From the IMG/VR virus record IMGVR_UViG_3300025731_000010, positions 1 through 36,772 of that record: a DNA stretch of 36,772 bases; one strand, 5' to 3'. The notes beneath the pieces are model-generated. The model searched no databases, was not told the DNA's origin, and saw nothing but the letters and a program-made list of their open reading frames with translations. The translations under genes were made by a program, and so were the position numbers. This document shows positions 16,104 to 26,209 of this stretch, one piece after another (the stretch's first letter is position 1; every line of letters starts with the position of its first letter). The stretch comes from a virus (taxonomy: Duplodnaviria; Caudoviricetes).

Positions 16104-16319
16104 ATGGCTGTTGAGATTGTTGAGCGTGCAGCCGAGGTGGCTACCGCATCTACTTACAGTGGCAGCAGCATCACCTTGTTTGGTGTGTACTCGGCCAACG
16201 ACCTCATGGCGTTTGGCGGACTAGTGTTTGCCGGGCTGTCATTTGCTGTGAACTGGTATTTCCGACACAAGACTTATAACCACCTAGTGGCCAGCTCAAA
16301 AGGGAATGATCATGTTTAA
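16104..16319 (+). CDS. Holin (class II-like); alternative start at 16086
   Basis: ATASTYSGS..TLFG...; GGLVFAGLSFAVNWYFRHK; directly before the endolysin. Confidence 0.78.
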   Translation: MAVEIVERAAEVATASTYSGSSITLFGVYSANDLMAFGGLVFAGLSFAVNWYFRHKTYNHLVASSKGNDHV

Positions 16320-16719
16320 GTGTAAGCATTTCGGTATCAAGGAGCTGGTATCCAAAAAGGTATTTGCTGATCGTGGTGATAAGGCGTGGGCATTATTAGA
16401 TGATCGTGCCCTGCGTACCCTAGATGCCTTACGAGAACGCTTTGGCTCTATCACTGTGAATGATTGGCAGTGGGGTGGCACTAATCAATATCGGGGCTTA
16501 CGTGAGCCTGATTGCCAGATAGGCGCGGCTTATAGCCAGCATCGGTTTGGTCGTGCGTTTGATTGTGTGTTCCGTGATACCACGGCACAGGCAGTACGAG
16601 AATTTATATTAGATAACCCTGGTGAGTTCCCATACCTAAGCGCTATTGAGATGGGCACCAGTTGGCTGCACTTTGATGTGCGCAACCCAGACGGCACCAT
16701 CCAAACGTTTAACCCATAG
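16312..16719 (+). CDS. Endolysin, peptidase M15 family
   Basis: LDALRE.FG.I.VN..; RGLR; SQHRFGRAFD (HxxxxAxD); WLHFD. Confidence 0.88.
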   Translation: MFKCKHFGIKELVSKKVFADRGDKAWALLDDRALRTLDALRERFGSITVNDWQWGGTNQYRGLREPDCQIGAAYSQHRFGRAFDCVFRDTTAQAVREFILDNPGEFPYLSAIEMGTSWLHFDVRNPDGTIQTFNP

Positions 16720-16727
16720 GAAGCCAT

Positions 16728-17153
16728 ATGAAAATCGCATTCGTATTAATAGCCATGCTCTTGATGGCAGGCTGTGCAGTAGAGATAAGCTCAGCTGTGG
16801 CTATTGAGGCCATGTTCAATGGATCATTAACCGCTTACCTGGAGTCTGTGTTGGTGGCAGCAGTACAGGCTAACCCTCATTACACGTTAGTGATGGGAGC
16901 AACCACGGTTGCCATGCCTGTCATTGGTTGGCTGGCGAATCGTACAGATAACCCAATAGATAATGCGATCATGATAGGGATTAACAAAGTGGTGCAAACC
17001 CTAGCAATGAACTCATCTCGCAATCAGCCTAATGTGTTGAGCTGGAAACAAATGCTAACCAATAAGCCTTCTACTTGGCCTGCTTTACTACGCAGCAAGA
17101 TGAGTGTCGAGGGCATGGAATTTATGAAGGGCGGCATAGACATTCGTGTCTAA
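16728..17153 (+). CDS. Lipoprotein-signal membrane protein in the spanin position
   Basis: MKIAFVLIAMLLMAG/C lipobox plus an internal hydrophobic segment. Confidence 0.55.
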   Translation: MKIAFVLIAMLLMAGCAVEISSAVAIEAMFNGSLTAYLESVLVAAVQANPHYTLVMGATTVAMPVIGWLANRTDNPIDNAIMIGINKVVQTLAMNSSRNQPNVLSWKQMLTNKPSTWPALLRSKMSVEGMEFMKGGIDIRV

Positions 17154-17200
17154 GGTACTTCCGGCCATCTGAGCCCTACGGGTAAGGGACTCGCGAGTTT
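17153..17200. other. Putative cos/packaging site
   Basis: Short intergenic AGGTACTTCC...CCCTACGGGTAAGGG-ACTCGCGAGT just upstream of terS; inferred from position next to a lambda-type terminase. Confidence 0.4.
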
Positions 17201-17227
17201 TGGCTACAGAGATTATTTGCAGGGGGG

Positions 17228-17776
17228 TTGACACACTTGAGTGATATTCAGTTATCCGACGTTGCTTCCCAAGCAGGGTTTGCTCGTATGGTAGGTACCA
17301 GTCGGCAAGCGATTAATAAGCATGTTGAGCGTGGTTTTTTAACAAGCGGCCAAACCTATTTGGAATGGCTGTCCGATTATTGTGAACGGCTACGCCAAGA
17401 AGCGGCAGGGCGGGGCGGTGATCAGCAAGCCACGTTAACGGCGGTGCGCATTGAAGAGACGCAAGAAAACATTGCCGAGAAACGCCAGCGTAGATTGACC
17501 GCATCCAAAGAATTAGTTGATAGAGAATCTGCACTTAACTGGATAATTGAAAGCGCCACCGGGATTCAGGGTTTTGTGATGGGAGCCGGTGAAACCATCA
17601 CTGAATCCATTAGTGAAAAATACCGAATAGAGTTAGATAGCGATGATGTTACCGCCCCGCTCAGAACTGCCCTTGGACACATTGCAAGTGCTGGATCAGA
17701 ACTTGCTGAGCGTTTCTGTGGTGTGGGCGAACGCGCTGGTACCAACGCCGCCGATGCCAACAGCTCAGTGGTCTGA
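17228..17776 (+). CDS. Terminase small subunit (Nu1-like)
   Basis: N-terminal winged HTH (SQAGFARMVGTSRQAINK), YCERLR..AAGR, coiled coil; overlaps terL. Confidence 0.85.
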   Translation: MTHLSDIQLSDVASQAGFARMVGTSRQAINKHVERGFLTSGQTYLEWLSDYCERLRQEAAGRGGDQQATLTAVRIEETQENIAEKRQRRLTASKELVDRESALNWIIESATGIQGFVMGAGETITESISEKYRIELDSDDVTAPLRTALGHIASAGSELAERFCGVGERAGTNAADANSSVV

Positions 17777-19724
17777 AGAATATTTCAGGCTGCCTGCTGA
17801 AGGTGCAGACAAGCCCGGCCCATACGATTTATCTTACGTTCCATATGTGTATGGCATTTTTGCCGCACTAGATAATCCTGATGTGACTGAAGTGGTCACC
17901 ATGAAAGCCGCGCAAGTGGGTTGGACGTTCGCACTTGTGGCGTACCTGGGCAAAATAATCGACACCATGGCCTGCGCTATTGTGGTCATGTTTCCCAAGA
18001 CCGACTCGGCCCGTGAATTTAACGACGAAAAATTCGAACCATCAGTACTGGCAACCCCGGCACTCAATAGAAAAATAGATGTAACCAAATCTCGCAGCAA
18101 AGATAACCGTTCGCTGTTTAAAAAATTTACTAATGGCTTCTTAAAATTTGTAACCTCGGGCTCAATCAGCTCGGTTAAATCAACGCCAGCAAAAATTGTA
18201 ATTGTAGAAGAGCCTGATGATGCAGCGGGTAACCTAGCCGAGCAAGGCAGCGCCATTACCCTATTATGGGAGCGCACCAAACGTAAAGCCGGTGCCAAGC
18301 GTGTGCTGGGCGGTACGCCATCGGTTGATGGTTTAAGCAAAGTACAAGAGCACATTAAAACCAGTGATCAACGGGTGTTACCCGTTGAATGCCATGAGTG
18401 CAATGAAACCCATGTTTTAGATTGGGAAAATGTCAGCTGGTTAAACACCGATGACGGCACCGAACATGAAGTCTTTGGCACCGCTCTACCAGATACAGCT
18501 GTTTATGTGTGCCCATGTTGCGGCACGCCCTGGGGTGATTACCAACGAAAAACCAATATACGCAACACCGTGTATGCCGCCATGGAAAATGGTGATGAAA
18601 ACTGTGGTTGGGTAGCCACCGCAGAATTTCACGGTGTGGCAGGTTTTATGGAGCTGTCTGAGCTTTATAGCTGTTTGCCTGGTGCCGGTATTATTGAGCT
18701 GGTTCGGGACTACCTAAAGGCCGAGCACAAGGCTTCAATGGGTGATGAAACTGACCGCATAGTATTTGTAAACTCAAAATTGGGCAGGCCCTACGCATTT
18801 AAAGACGATCACGCAGATGCCGAAACCCTACGTGAAAAAGCCAGCGACTACCCAGAGTTAATTTGCCCTCGTGGTGGTTTGGTTATCACCATAGGCATAG
18901 ATATCCAGCACGACCGCATCGCCATAATCATTCGGGCATGGGGTCGTGGTGAAGAAAGTTGGCTGCTTTACTGGGGTGAAATTTCAGCCTCGGTAGGCAC
19001 CTCGGATAAAAACGATCCTGTCTGGTCTGAGCTAGATGATCTGGTGTTTGCTGGCATCCCTCATGAACTGGGTTCACGCATCTACGCCAGCGCAATCAGC
19101 ATAGATTCATCCGATGGCAACACCAACGATGCAGTGTATCACTGGGCAAGAACCCGGCAGAAATCACACAAGCAAGTATTGGTCATGGCCATTAAGGGGT
19201 CCAGTGCGCAGCAAGACCCGGAGATATTCGCCACTCCTAGCAATAAACCCATTGATCACAAGAATCCTAAAAAACGTACTAAGGCCGACAAACACGGTTT
19301 AAGAGTATTCATAGTAGGCACTAATAAAGCCAAAGACTGGCTGGCTTCGCATATGAAGTTAGAGGGCATTGGGGCAGGGCGGCACCATGTATATGAAACC
19401 GTACGCGCAGATTACTTTGACCAGATAACCGGTGAAGTAAAGGCCCCGCATCGCACCATTCGTAATCGTAAAATTTGGCAGCAAAAAGCCGGGCGCGCCA
19501 TAGAAGCATGGGATTGCGAAGTGTATGCACTGCATGCAGCTCGGGCCAAGCGTATACATCTATTGAAGCCTAGTCAGTGGGAAGCCATTGAGCACAAATT
19601 AACGCAAGTTGATTTATTCGCACAGCCTGAGCAAGTGGCCACAGTAGAAGCTGAAGAGCCTAAAAAGTCTAAACGCAAAGTGCGCAGCAAACGCAGTCGC
19701 AGCAATAGTTTCTCTGGAGCATAA
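17643..19724 (+). CDS. Terminase large subunit, lambda GpA family
   Basis: MKAAQVGWT (Walker A), IVEEPD (Walker B), GGTP, CxxC/CPCCG, GIDIQHDR, EAWDCEVYA. Start may be TTG at about 17670. Confidence 0.95.
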   Translation: MMLPPRSELPLDTLQVLDQNLLSVSVVWANALVPTPPMPTAQWSEEYFRLPAEGADKPGPYDLSYVPYVYGIFAALDNPDVTEVVTMKAAQVGWTFALVAYLGKIIDTMACAIVVMFPKTDSAREFNDEKFEPSVLATPALNRKIDVTKSRSKDNRSLFKKFTNGFLKFVTSGSISSVKSTPAKIVIVEEPDDAAGNLAEQGSAITLLWERTKRKAGAKRVLGGTPSVDGLSKVQEHIKTSDQRVLPVECHECNETHVLDWENVSWLNTDDGTEHEVFGTALPDTAVYVCPCCGTPWGDYQRKTNIRNTVYAAMENGDENCGWVATAEFHGVAGFMELSELYSCLPGAGIIELVRDYLKAEHKASMGDETDRIVFVNSKLGRPYAFKDDHADAETLREKASDYPELICPRGGLVITIGIDIQHDRIAIIIRAWGRGEESWLLYWGEISASVGTSDKNDPVWSELDDLVFAGIPHELGSRIYASAISIDSSDGNTNDAVYHWARTRQKSHKQVLVMAIKGSSAQQDPEIFATPSNKPIDHKNPKKRTKADKHGLRVFIVGTNKAKDWLASHMKLEGIGAGRHHVYETVRADYFDQITGEVKAPHRTIRNRKIWQQKAGRAIEAWDCEVYALHAARAKRIHLLKPSQWEAIEHKLTQVDLFAQPEQVATVEAEEPKKSKRKVRSKRSRSNSFSGA

Positions 19725-20243
19725 ATGGAACCTTACACCATCGTTTCCGGTACCAGCCTAAGTTGGTGCCGCGATGACGAGTACGCCCATGGCTTATGGA
19801 TGTACCAGTATATTTTCACTGGGCCCCAGCAAATTACTTTGTCCGCCGCCGCCGATGCTGGCGTGGTAAATATTGAAGTTGCCAGCGCCACCACTACCGA
19901 TTGGTTAACAGGTAAATATCAATGGACGCTTCAGCGTAAAAAAGACATGGAAGCCGTGGTGGTGGCCACAGGCTTTACTACCGTTTTAGAAAATCCGGTG
20001 GATCAAACGACGGTAGATCACCGCACTCATGCAGAAAAGATGCTGGCTTTGATTGAAAGCCGGTTAGAAGGTCGCATCGTCAGTGATCACGAAAGCTACA
20101 CCGTCAATGGTAAAAGCTTAAACCGCATACCTATTGAACAGTTAGATAGCCTTGCTCGTAAATATCGCAACCTGGTTGCCAAAGAAAAGCGCCGTGATGC
20201 CGGTAAAAAGCCAGCGCGCCGTGCCCTGTTTAGGATGCGCTAA
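19725..20243 (+). CDS. Head completion / head-tail joining protein (gpW-like C-terminus)
   Basis: HAEKML..IE..LEGR.....ESY.VNGKSL.RIP...L; between terL and portal. Confidence 0.65.
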   Translation: MEPYTIVSGTSLSWCRDDEYAHGLWMYQYIFTGPQQITLSAAADAGVVNIEVASATTTDWLTGKYQWTLQRKKDMEAVVVATGFTTVLENPVDQTTVDHRTHAEKMLALIESRLEGRIVSDHESYTVNGKSLNRIPIEQLDSLARKYRNLVAKEKRRDAGKKPARRALFRMR

Positions 20244-21748
20244 TGAACAGTTATGAATTGATGTTAGATGGCCGGGCTGCACAGTCAGCGCCACAAGAAA
20301 AGCGCTCTGCGCCGCACGCAAACAGCCTGGATCATAAACGCTACGCTGCCGCCAAACAGCACAATAGTTCGGTAGAGCGTTTTGTAGGTGGTTCGCTCAG
20401 TGTCGATTCCAACCTGCGTCGTGACCTGGTAAAGCTACGTGAAGCCAGCCGCAATGCCGGTGATGATATCGGTTACATCAAGCGATATTTTTCCATGGTG
20501 CAAACCCATGTAGTAGGTGAGAACGGCCTGCGTCTGCAAGCCATGGTTAAAAAAGCCAACGGGGATACTGACCGCGAAGCTAACAAGATAATCGAAAACG
20601 AATTTGCTGAATGGGCCGAGTTGGGCAGCGCCGAAATTGGTGGCCGTATGTCATGGATTGGTGCACAAGAATTAACCGCCAAAACATGCGCTCAAGACGG
20701 TGACATGCTGGTGCGTTACCACACAGATAAATCCAATAAATACGGGTTTTCAATTGAATTGATTGAAGCCGATGTTTTAGATATCACCCTTAATCAAACA
20801 CTGCGCAATGGCAATCGCATTGTCATGGGGGTGGAGCTAAACAAGTTTAATCGCCGTGTGGCCTTTCATTTATTAACCAGTCATCCAGGTGACGATACCT
20901 GGGCTGCGGGTGGTCGCCGTTATGTTCGTGTAAGTGCGGATGAAATGGACTTGCTCTATCCGGTCTGGCGACCAGGCCAAAATCGTGGGGTGCCTTGGGC
21001 TCATGCCTCGTTACTTGAGATGTACCAGATTAACGGCATGCGCGATTCGCAACTAACAGCGGCCCGCATATCTGCCGCCAACATGGCGTTTTACGAGCGT
21101 GACCCTGAGCAAGAAGTATCTGATGAATTTGATGAAGAGGGCGACTTCTTACAAGAGCTAGAAGCCGGGCAAATGTCAGTGGTACCCGAAGGCTACCGCG
21201 TAAATCAAACAAACTTTAGCGGCCCTCAAGGTGGTGACTTCCAAAAGAATGCATTACGCGGCAGCTCGTCTGGCCTGGACGTGAATTACAACGTATTGGG
21301 TAATGACTACGAAGGGGTGAGTTTTTCAAGTTTACGCCAAGCTATTTTGGAAGATCGTGATGCCTGGAAGCGCAAGCAACGCTGGTTAATCGAACAGCAA
21401 GGCACCCCGGTTCATAAGCGCTTTGTAAGAAGCGCACTGCTTAAGAATACCTTGGGTGGATTAAAAGCCAGCGACTTGCACCGACTTTCAAAGCACAAAT
21501 TGCACGGCCGCCGTTGGATGTGGGTGGACCCGCTTAAAGACGAAAAAGCATCAGGCGAGGCCATGGCCAATTTAACCACAAGCCCCATGCATGTCATGCG
21601 TGAAAAGGGCATAGATCCTGAAGACGTGGCGGCAGGCTGGGAAGAGTTTGGCACATTAATGCAGCCACACATGGACAAAATCCACATGCTTATGCCCAAG
21701 AGTGCACCAAAAGTACAGGCGCCTAAGTCACCCAAAAACGAGCAATAA
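20243..21748 (+). CDS. Portal protein, lambda family
   Basis: VVGENG, QDGD, MGVE.N..NR.VA.H, RPGQ.RGVPW, FSS.R, W.WVDP.KD. Confidence 0.95.
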   Translation: MNSYELMLDGRAAQSAPQEKRSAPHANSLDHKRYAAAKQHNSSVERFVGGSLSVDSNLRRDLVKLREASRNAGDDIGYIKRYFSMVQTHVVGENGLRLQAMVKKANGDTDREANKIIENEFAEWAELGSAEIGGRMSWIGAQELTAKTCAQDGDMLVRYHTDKSNKYGFSIELIEADVLDITLNQTLRNGNRIVMGVELNKFNRRVAFHLLTSHPGDDTWAAGGRRYVRVSADEMDLLYPVWRPGQNRGVPWAHASLLEMYQINGMRDSQLTAARISAANMAFYERDPEQEVSDEFDEEGDFLQELEAGQMSVVPEGYRVNQTNFSGPQGGDFQKNALRGSSSGLDVNYNVLGNDYEGVSFSSLRQAILEDRDAWKRKQRWLIEQQGTPVHKRFVRSALLKNTLGGLKASDLHRLSKHKLHGRRWMWVDPLKDEKASGEAMANLTTSPMHVMREKGIDPEDVAAGWEEFGTLMQPHMDKIHMLMPKSAPKVQAPKSPKNEQ

Positions 21749-21772
21749 AACTATCTAATAAAGGAGCAGGCC

Positions 21773-23611
21773 ATGGCCAAAGCGCTTAATAAATTTCAGC
21801 AACACCTGCGTGACAACAAGGGCTTAGAGCCACAGGAAATGCGCGCCGAAATTGAATCGGTAGACGTAGAAAACCGCACGGCTACTTTCAGCTTCAGCTC
21901 AGAATTCGAAGGTGAGCGCTGGTGGGGTATAGAGATACTGGATCACAAGCCCACATCGGTGCGGCTAGATCGCATTAATAGCGGCGGTGCTTTCTTAATG
22001 GATCATGACCGCTGGGATCAGCGGGGTGTAGTAGAAAAAGCCTGGATAGATGGCAAGCGCGGTTTTTGTACTGTGCGCCTAAGCCAAAATCCCAAAGGTG
22101 AAGAACTTTGGACCGACATTAAAGACAAAATTCGCACCCAAGTCAGCGTGCGGTACGCCATACATGAGGCTGTTTTAGAAAAGAAAGTAGGCGACATGGA
22201 GTATTACCGTGTTACCGACTGGGAGCCCATGGAAATATCATCAGTTTCTATTGCGTTTGACCCCACTGTTGGGGTTGGGCGTAGTCAGGAAAAACAAACC
22301 TACCTACCCGTAAACCTTAGAGGAGCGCCAGAAATGGACCCAAAAGAGCTAGAGAACGATTTAGACCAGGGCCAGCGCTCTGATACCCCCGCAGCACCTA
22401 AGCCTGCGCCCGTGGCAGCCGCCCGTGCAGCAGTGGTGGTTGAAGAGTCTGTCCCTGTAGATGCGTCCCGCGAAATTGCCCAAATTGCTGAGCAATATGG
22501 TGCAACTGATATGGGCATGCGTTCAATCGCAACAGGCGATACGGTTGATCAGTTTAAAACCAAATTGCTTGACGCACATAAAGAGCGTGCAGCTTCACCC
22601 GATGCACAAACCACCATGGTGGACGTGGGCTTAACCGAAAAGCAACGCAGTGAATACAGCGTGTTAAACGTAGTGCGTGCATTGTCTACCGGCAATCTTG
22701 AAAAATACGCACCGTTTGAAGCTGAGGTGTCCCGCGCCATTGCCGAAAAACGCGATACCGAAGTGCGCGGTATATTGGTTCCTTATGATGTACTGGGTGC
22801 CGGTATTCGTCAGCAAGAAGTAGGTACCGCAGGTTTGGGCGGCAACCTGGTTGCTAACGAATTGCATACCGAACACTTTATTCAAGCCCTGCGTCAAGTA
22901 TCCATGATGGGCCAGTTGGGTGTGCGCACCTTAACCGGTCTAGTGGGTAATTTTGATGCACCTAAACAAACCGGTACCTCTACCTTTTATTGGGTGAATG
23001 AGGACGCCGATGTCACAGACAGCGACTTGGATTTTGGTTTGGTGAGCATGACCCCTCGTACCGTAGCTGGTGCTGTGCCCATTACCCGTCGCTTGATGGT
23101 GCAAACCTCGGGTGAGATTGAAAGCATGGTGCGCACCGACTTGCTGCTAGGACTAGCTGAGGCGCTAGATAATGATGTGCTAGCAACAATATTGGCTACA
23201 TCAGGCATTGGTGCTCAGGCATTTGGTACTCCGGGTGCCCCAACGTTTGCCGAAGTATTGGGCCTTGAAACCGATGTGGATGAAGCCAATGCCTTACGTG
23301 GCAATCCAGCTTACTTAATGCGCCCTAGCATGAAGACCAAGTTGCGAACCACTGTGAAAGCGGCAGGCACATCAGACTTTATTTTGGCTAATGGTGAAAT
23401 TGATGGCATGCGCACCGCGTCTACCACGCAAATGACCGCCGCCAAGATTCTGTTTGGTGATTTCAGTCAGGCCATGATTGGCCTATGGGGTGCGGTTGAT
23501 CTAACCGTTGATAAATCCACCAAGGCAAAATCTGGTGGTTCTGTATTACGTATCTTCCAGGATGCCGACACCATGGTACGCCATGCAGGTGCTTTCAGCC
23601 TAGGCCAGTAG
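21773..23611 (+). CDS. Fused prohead protease and major capsid protein (HK97 fold)
   Basis: N-terminal protease (FSFSSE, EILDH, LMDH, VSVRY, WEPMEISSVSI.FD) joined by a P/A linker to a capsid domain (GGNLV, WVNE, ILFGDFSQ..IGLWG). Confidence 0.92.
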   Translation: MAKALNKFQQHLRDNKGLEPQEMRAEIESVDVENRTATFSFSSEFEGERWWGIEILDHKPTSVRLDRINSGGAFLMDHDRWDQRGVVEKAWIDGKRGFCTVRLSQNPKGEELWTDIKDKIRTQVSVRYAIHEAVLEKKVGDMEYYRVTDWEPMEISSVSIAFDPTVGVGRSQEKQTYLPVNLRGAPEMDPKELENDLDQGQRSDTPAAPKPAPVAAARAAVVVEESVPVDASREIAQIAEQYGATDMGMRSIATGDTVDQFKTKLLDAHKERAASPDAQTTMVDVGLTEKQRSEYSVLNVVRALSTGNLEKYAPFEAEVSRAIAEKRDTEVRGILVPYDVLGAGIRQQEVGTAGLGGNLVANELHTEHFIQALRQVSMMGQLGVRTLTGLVGNFDAPKQTGTSTFYWVNEDADVTDSDLDFGLVSMTPRTVAGAVPITRRLMVQTSGEIESMVRTDLLLGLAEALDNDVLATILATSGIGAQAFGTPGAPTFAEVLGLETDVDEANALRGNPAYLMRPSMKTKLRTTVKAAGTSDFILANGEIDGMRTASTTQMTAAKILFGDFSQAMIGLWGAVDLTVDKSTKAKSGGSVLRIFQDADTMVRHAGAFSLGQ

Positions 23612-23638
23612 TTGCTGCCAATCGGTTAACAAATGGCT

Positions 23639-23664
23639 AAAAAGGCGGCTTAGGCCGCCTTTTT
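23639..23664 (+). terminator. Intrinsic terminator after the capsid gene
   Basis: AAAAAGGCGGC-TTAG-GCCGCCTTTTT. Confidence 0.9.
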
Positions 23665-23708
23665 ATTGCCTGTAATAATCCAGTCATTATCGTAAATAGG
23701 AGCCAATC

Positions 23709-23948
23709 ATGGCGACAAAAAAACAGTCTAAAACCGCAGTAGTTAAAGTAGTTCGTGGTTTCATGTACGCAGGTGCAATGGTGCCAGCTGTGCAGGGTAA
23801 AGATAAAAAAGAAGTGATCGTTGAAGCACCCCTGGGCTTGGCCCGTGAACTCATTGCCAACGGCAAGGCCGAAGCTGTGGATGGCAAGAAAAACTTTGAC
23901 TTGCCCAAGCCCGAAGACAGCCTTGAAGATGAGTTAGACGGTAAATAA
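23709..23948 (+). CDS. Small head-associated hypothetical protein
   Basis: AGGAG SD; ARELIANGKAE motif; position after the capsid gene. Confidence 0.65.
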   Translation: MATKKQSKTAVVKVVRGFMYAGAMVPAVQGKDKKEVIVEAPLGLARELIANGKAEAVDGKKNFDLPKPEDSLEDELDGK

Positions 23949-23950
23949 AT

Positions 23951-24277
23951 ATGAGCCTTGCCAATGATATGGCGTCAGATCTAGAGAATGTTTTTTTTAC
24001 TGATTTTGGCGTTACTGCGTTGTTAAAGCGGGTAGCTGGTGGTGAAACAGAAATAGCCTGCATGATTGAAGCAGGCATCGATCGTTTCATTGGTGAGGCT
24101 TATATAAAACACAGTTGGGAGGTAACTGTGATGGTGACTGACCGTGTGAAAAAAGACGATACCCTGATGGTATTGAATGCCAGCAAAACCCAGGTGGCAA
24201 AATACATAGTGGGTGATCTCGTGTCTCGTGAAGGGGATACGGTAATTTTTGAAGCCAGCAAGAAAAAACTCCCATAG
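23951..24277 (+). CDS. Head-tail joining protein (FII-like)
   Basis: Synteny; DL..VFF.DF N-terminus, beta-rich. Confidence 0.6.
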   Translation: MSLANDMASDLENVFFTDFGVTALLKRVAGGETEIACMIEAGIDRFIGEAYIKHSWEVTVMVTDRVKKDDTLMVLNASKTQVAKYIVGDLVSREGDTVIFEASKKKLP

Positions 24278-24285
24278 GTGGCTCC

Positions 24286-24816
24286 ATGTCAAACCAAAGC
24301 CAGCTTAAATCAGTTGAACGGCGTTTAAATAAATTCATTAATAAAGATGTGCCGGCGGCGCAAGTAACCGCCACCAATAAAACGTTGGCCAAAGCAAAAA
24401 CCAGAGTGGTTCGGGCCGTAGCGGTATCCGTAAACGTCAAGGTTGGGGTGGTGCGTAAACGTGTTTATATCGATAGGGCCAAAGGTACCAAAAAGGCCAA
24501 GTTTCATGTTTATAGGCGGGCAATTCCGCTAATTTCAATGAATGCCCGTCAAGTGAAAAAAGGGGTGCGGGCAGGCAAGCACTTCCGTTCGGGGGCGTTT
24601 ATAGCAGATGGCTCAAAAGGCTATGGCAAAGGGGTCTTGAAAAAAAATCAGGTACTTCAGCGCAAGGGGCAGGGGCAGTATCCGCTTAAAGTGTTGACAA
24701 TTCCCATTGCAAAACACGTTGATGAAATTACTCCCAAGGTCATTGGCCGGGTATTTAAATCAGACTTTGCGCGACTCTATGAACATGAGATCAAGCGCCG
24801 AGCCCAGCGAACATAA
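24286..24816 (+). CDS. Minor tail / tail completion protein (gpZ-like)
   Basis: Very basic; A.NKT; AGKH...GAFIA; R.G...YPL.V..IP. Confidence 0.8.
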   Translation: MSNQSQLKSVERRLNKFINKDVPAAQVTATNKTLAKAKTRVVRAVAVSVNVKVGVVRKRVYIDRAKGTKKAKFHVYRRAIPLISMNARQVKKGVRAGKHFRSGAFIADGSKGYGKGVLKKNQVLQRKGQGQYPLKVLTIPIAKHVDEITPKVIGRVFKSDFARLYEHEIKRRAQRT

Positions 24817-24835
24817 CAGATTCAAAAGGTACTAA

Positions 24836-25249
24836 ATGGACCTACAAATTTTAAGTGATTTGCGCACAGCTGTTCGTGACGCGCTAATTGATGCTTATGG
24901 CGGTGCACCAGTTTATACCGCAGAGATTACCAATCTTGATAATGGTGATGATGACAATATTGAGGAGTTTCTCACGGTGTTCCTGGGGGATGGTGAAGAG
25001 GATAGTGCAGGTGAAGACCTGGACGGTGAAACTTATCGATCTGATGCCCAGTTGACGGTGGGCTATTTCAATGAAGAGGGCCGGATTAATCAAAGTATTC
25101 TCGATGCCCAGGCCGGCACCATTCGGCCACAAATATTAGAGTTGCCATTTAATGGCGATATTACCCGAGCGGGTTGGCAGTACATTCCGCCTATTGATGG
25201 CGCAACTGCCGGTATTTATTTTCGCTTCAACGTTAGTTTCTCAAACTAA
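24836..25249 (+). CDS. Tail terminator (gpU-like)
   Basis: Acidic, 137 aa; synteny before the tail tube gene. Confidence 0.6.
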   Translation: MDLQILSDLRTAVRDALIDAYGGAPVYTAEITNLDNGDDDNIEEFLTVFLGDGEEDSAGEDLDGETYRSDAQLTVGYFNEEGRINQSILDAQAGTIRPQILELPFNGDITRAGWQYIPPIDGATAGIYFRFNVSFSN

Positions 25250-25293
25250 AAACACTAACCGATTTTATTTAATCAAAACAACAGGGGACTGTT

Positions 25294-25704
25294 ATGAAAG
25301 GCCGTGGACTAAAACTTTTTGCAAAATTAACTACTGAAGATGATTTGTCTTGGGTTCGAATCAGCAAGGTAAAAACCTATTCGCCAGGTGAAGAAAGCGT
25401 GGCCACCAGTGAGAGTACCTACATCGATGCCGATGATGATTATATAGATCACACTCCGGGCCAAATTGATCCGGGTGAAGTCGCGTTTTCAGTTGAATAT
25501 TTTCCTGCTGATTTAGGTCAAGTGCTGGTGGAGGGCAACCTAGCCAAAACACTTGATTTTAAAGTTCAGTGGAAAGATGGCAGCGGTGAAACGTATCAGG
25601 CCACGGTCACAAAACGTGGTATGGGTGAGCCTACTGATGAAGAGCTGATGCGTAGCTATTCAGCGAAGCGCAAGGGTGCTCCTGTACCGTTTGCAGCACC
25701 TTAA
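25294..25704 (+). CDS. Major tail tube protein
   Basis: E.TY.D.......PG.IDPGE..F; F.V.W.DG; KG.P. Confidence 0.85.
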   Translation: MKGRGLKLFAKLTTEDDLSWVRISKVKTYSPGEESVATSESTYIDADDDYIDHTPGQIDPGEVAFSVEYFPADLGQVLVEGNLAKTLDFKVQWKDGSGETYQATVTKRGMGEPTDEELMRSYSAKRKGAPVPFAAP

Positions 25705-25714
25705 GGGGGAGCTT

Positions 25715-26209
25715 ATGAGTTGGCAATTAATCATAATTCTTGCCCTGGGTGGTTTGGTCTTGGGCTGGTTTCTGGCCCATTTGGCCATGCGCCTCATTAC
25801 CCGGTGGTCGGATTTTAAAAGCGAATGTGTGAACATTTCGGGGCGCTCGTTTGAGCTGGTTGAATTAACCGCTCAGCAACGGGTGGAGTATATGAGACGT
25901 TGCGCTGGCTTAAACTCTTCCGACGGTTACGAGCTAATACGGGACGATTTAGCCGTGAGTGCCGACCTCATTGCCCTGCATTTACGGCGGCTTATTTATC
26001 CTAATAAATGGGTTTTGTTTTGGGTGAAACGCCTATCTATTGAAACGATAGCCGAGCTATTTAAACGCTGTGTAACGTTAAGCAATATCCCGTTTGACAT
26101 AAAAGAACAGGATGAAACGTTTGAAACGCTTACTGAAGCGGACCAAGGTGAAGACGATTGGGATTACCTTGATAGCGAAAAAAAGTCGAGTCCAGCTGTG
26201 CGCCAATAG
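25715..26209 (+). CDS. Tail assembly chaperone (gpG-like) with a hydrophobic N-terminus
   Basis: Position after the tube gene; ELTA.QR.EY; ends with EKK over a slippery site; GGGGGAG SD. Confidence 0.7.
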   Translation: MSWQLIIILALGGLVLGWFLAHLAMRLITRWSDFKSECVNISGRSFELVELTAQQRVEYMRRCAGLNSSDGYELIRDDLAVSADLIALHLRRLIYPNKWVLFWVKRLSIETIAELFKRCVTLSNIPFDIKEQDETFETLTEADQGEDDWDYLDSEKKSSPAVRQ

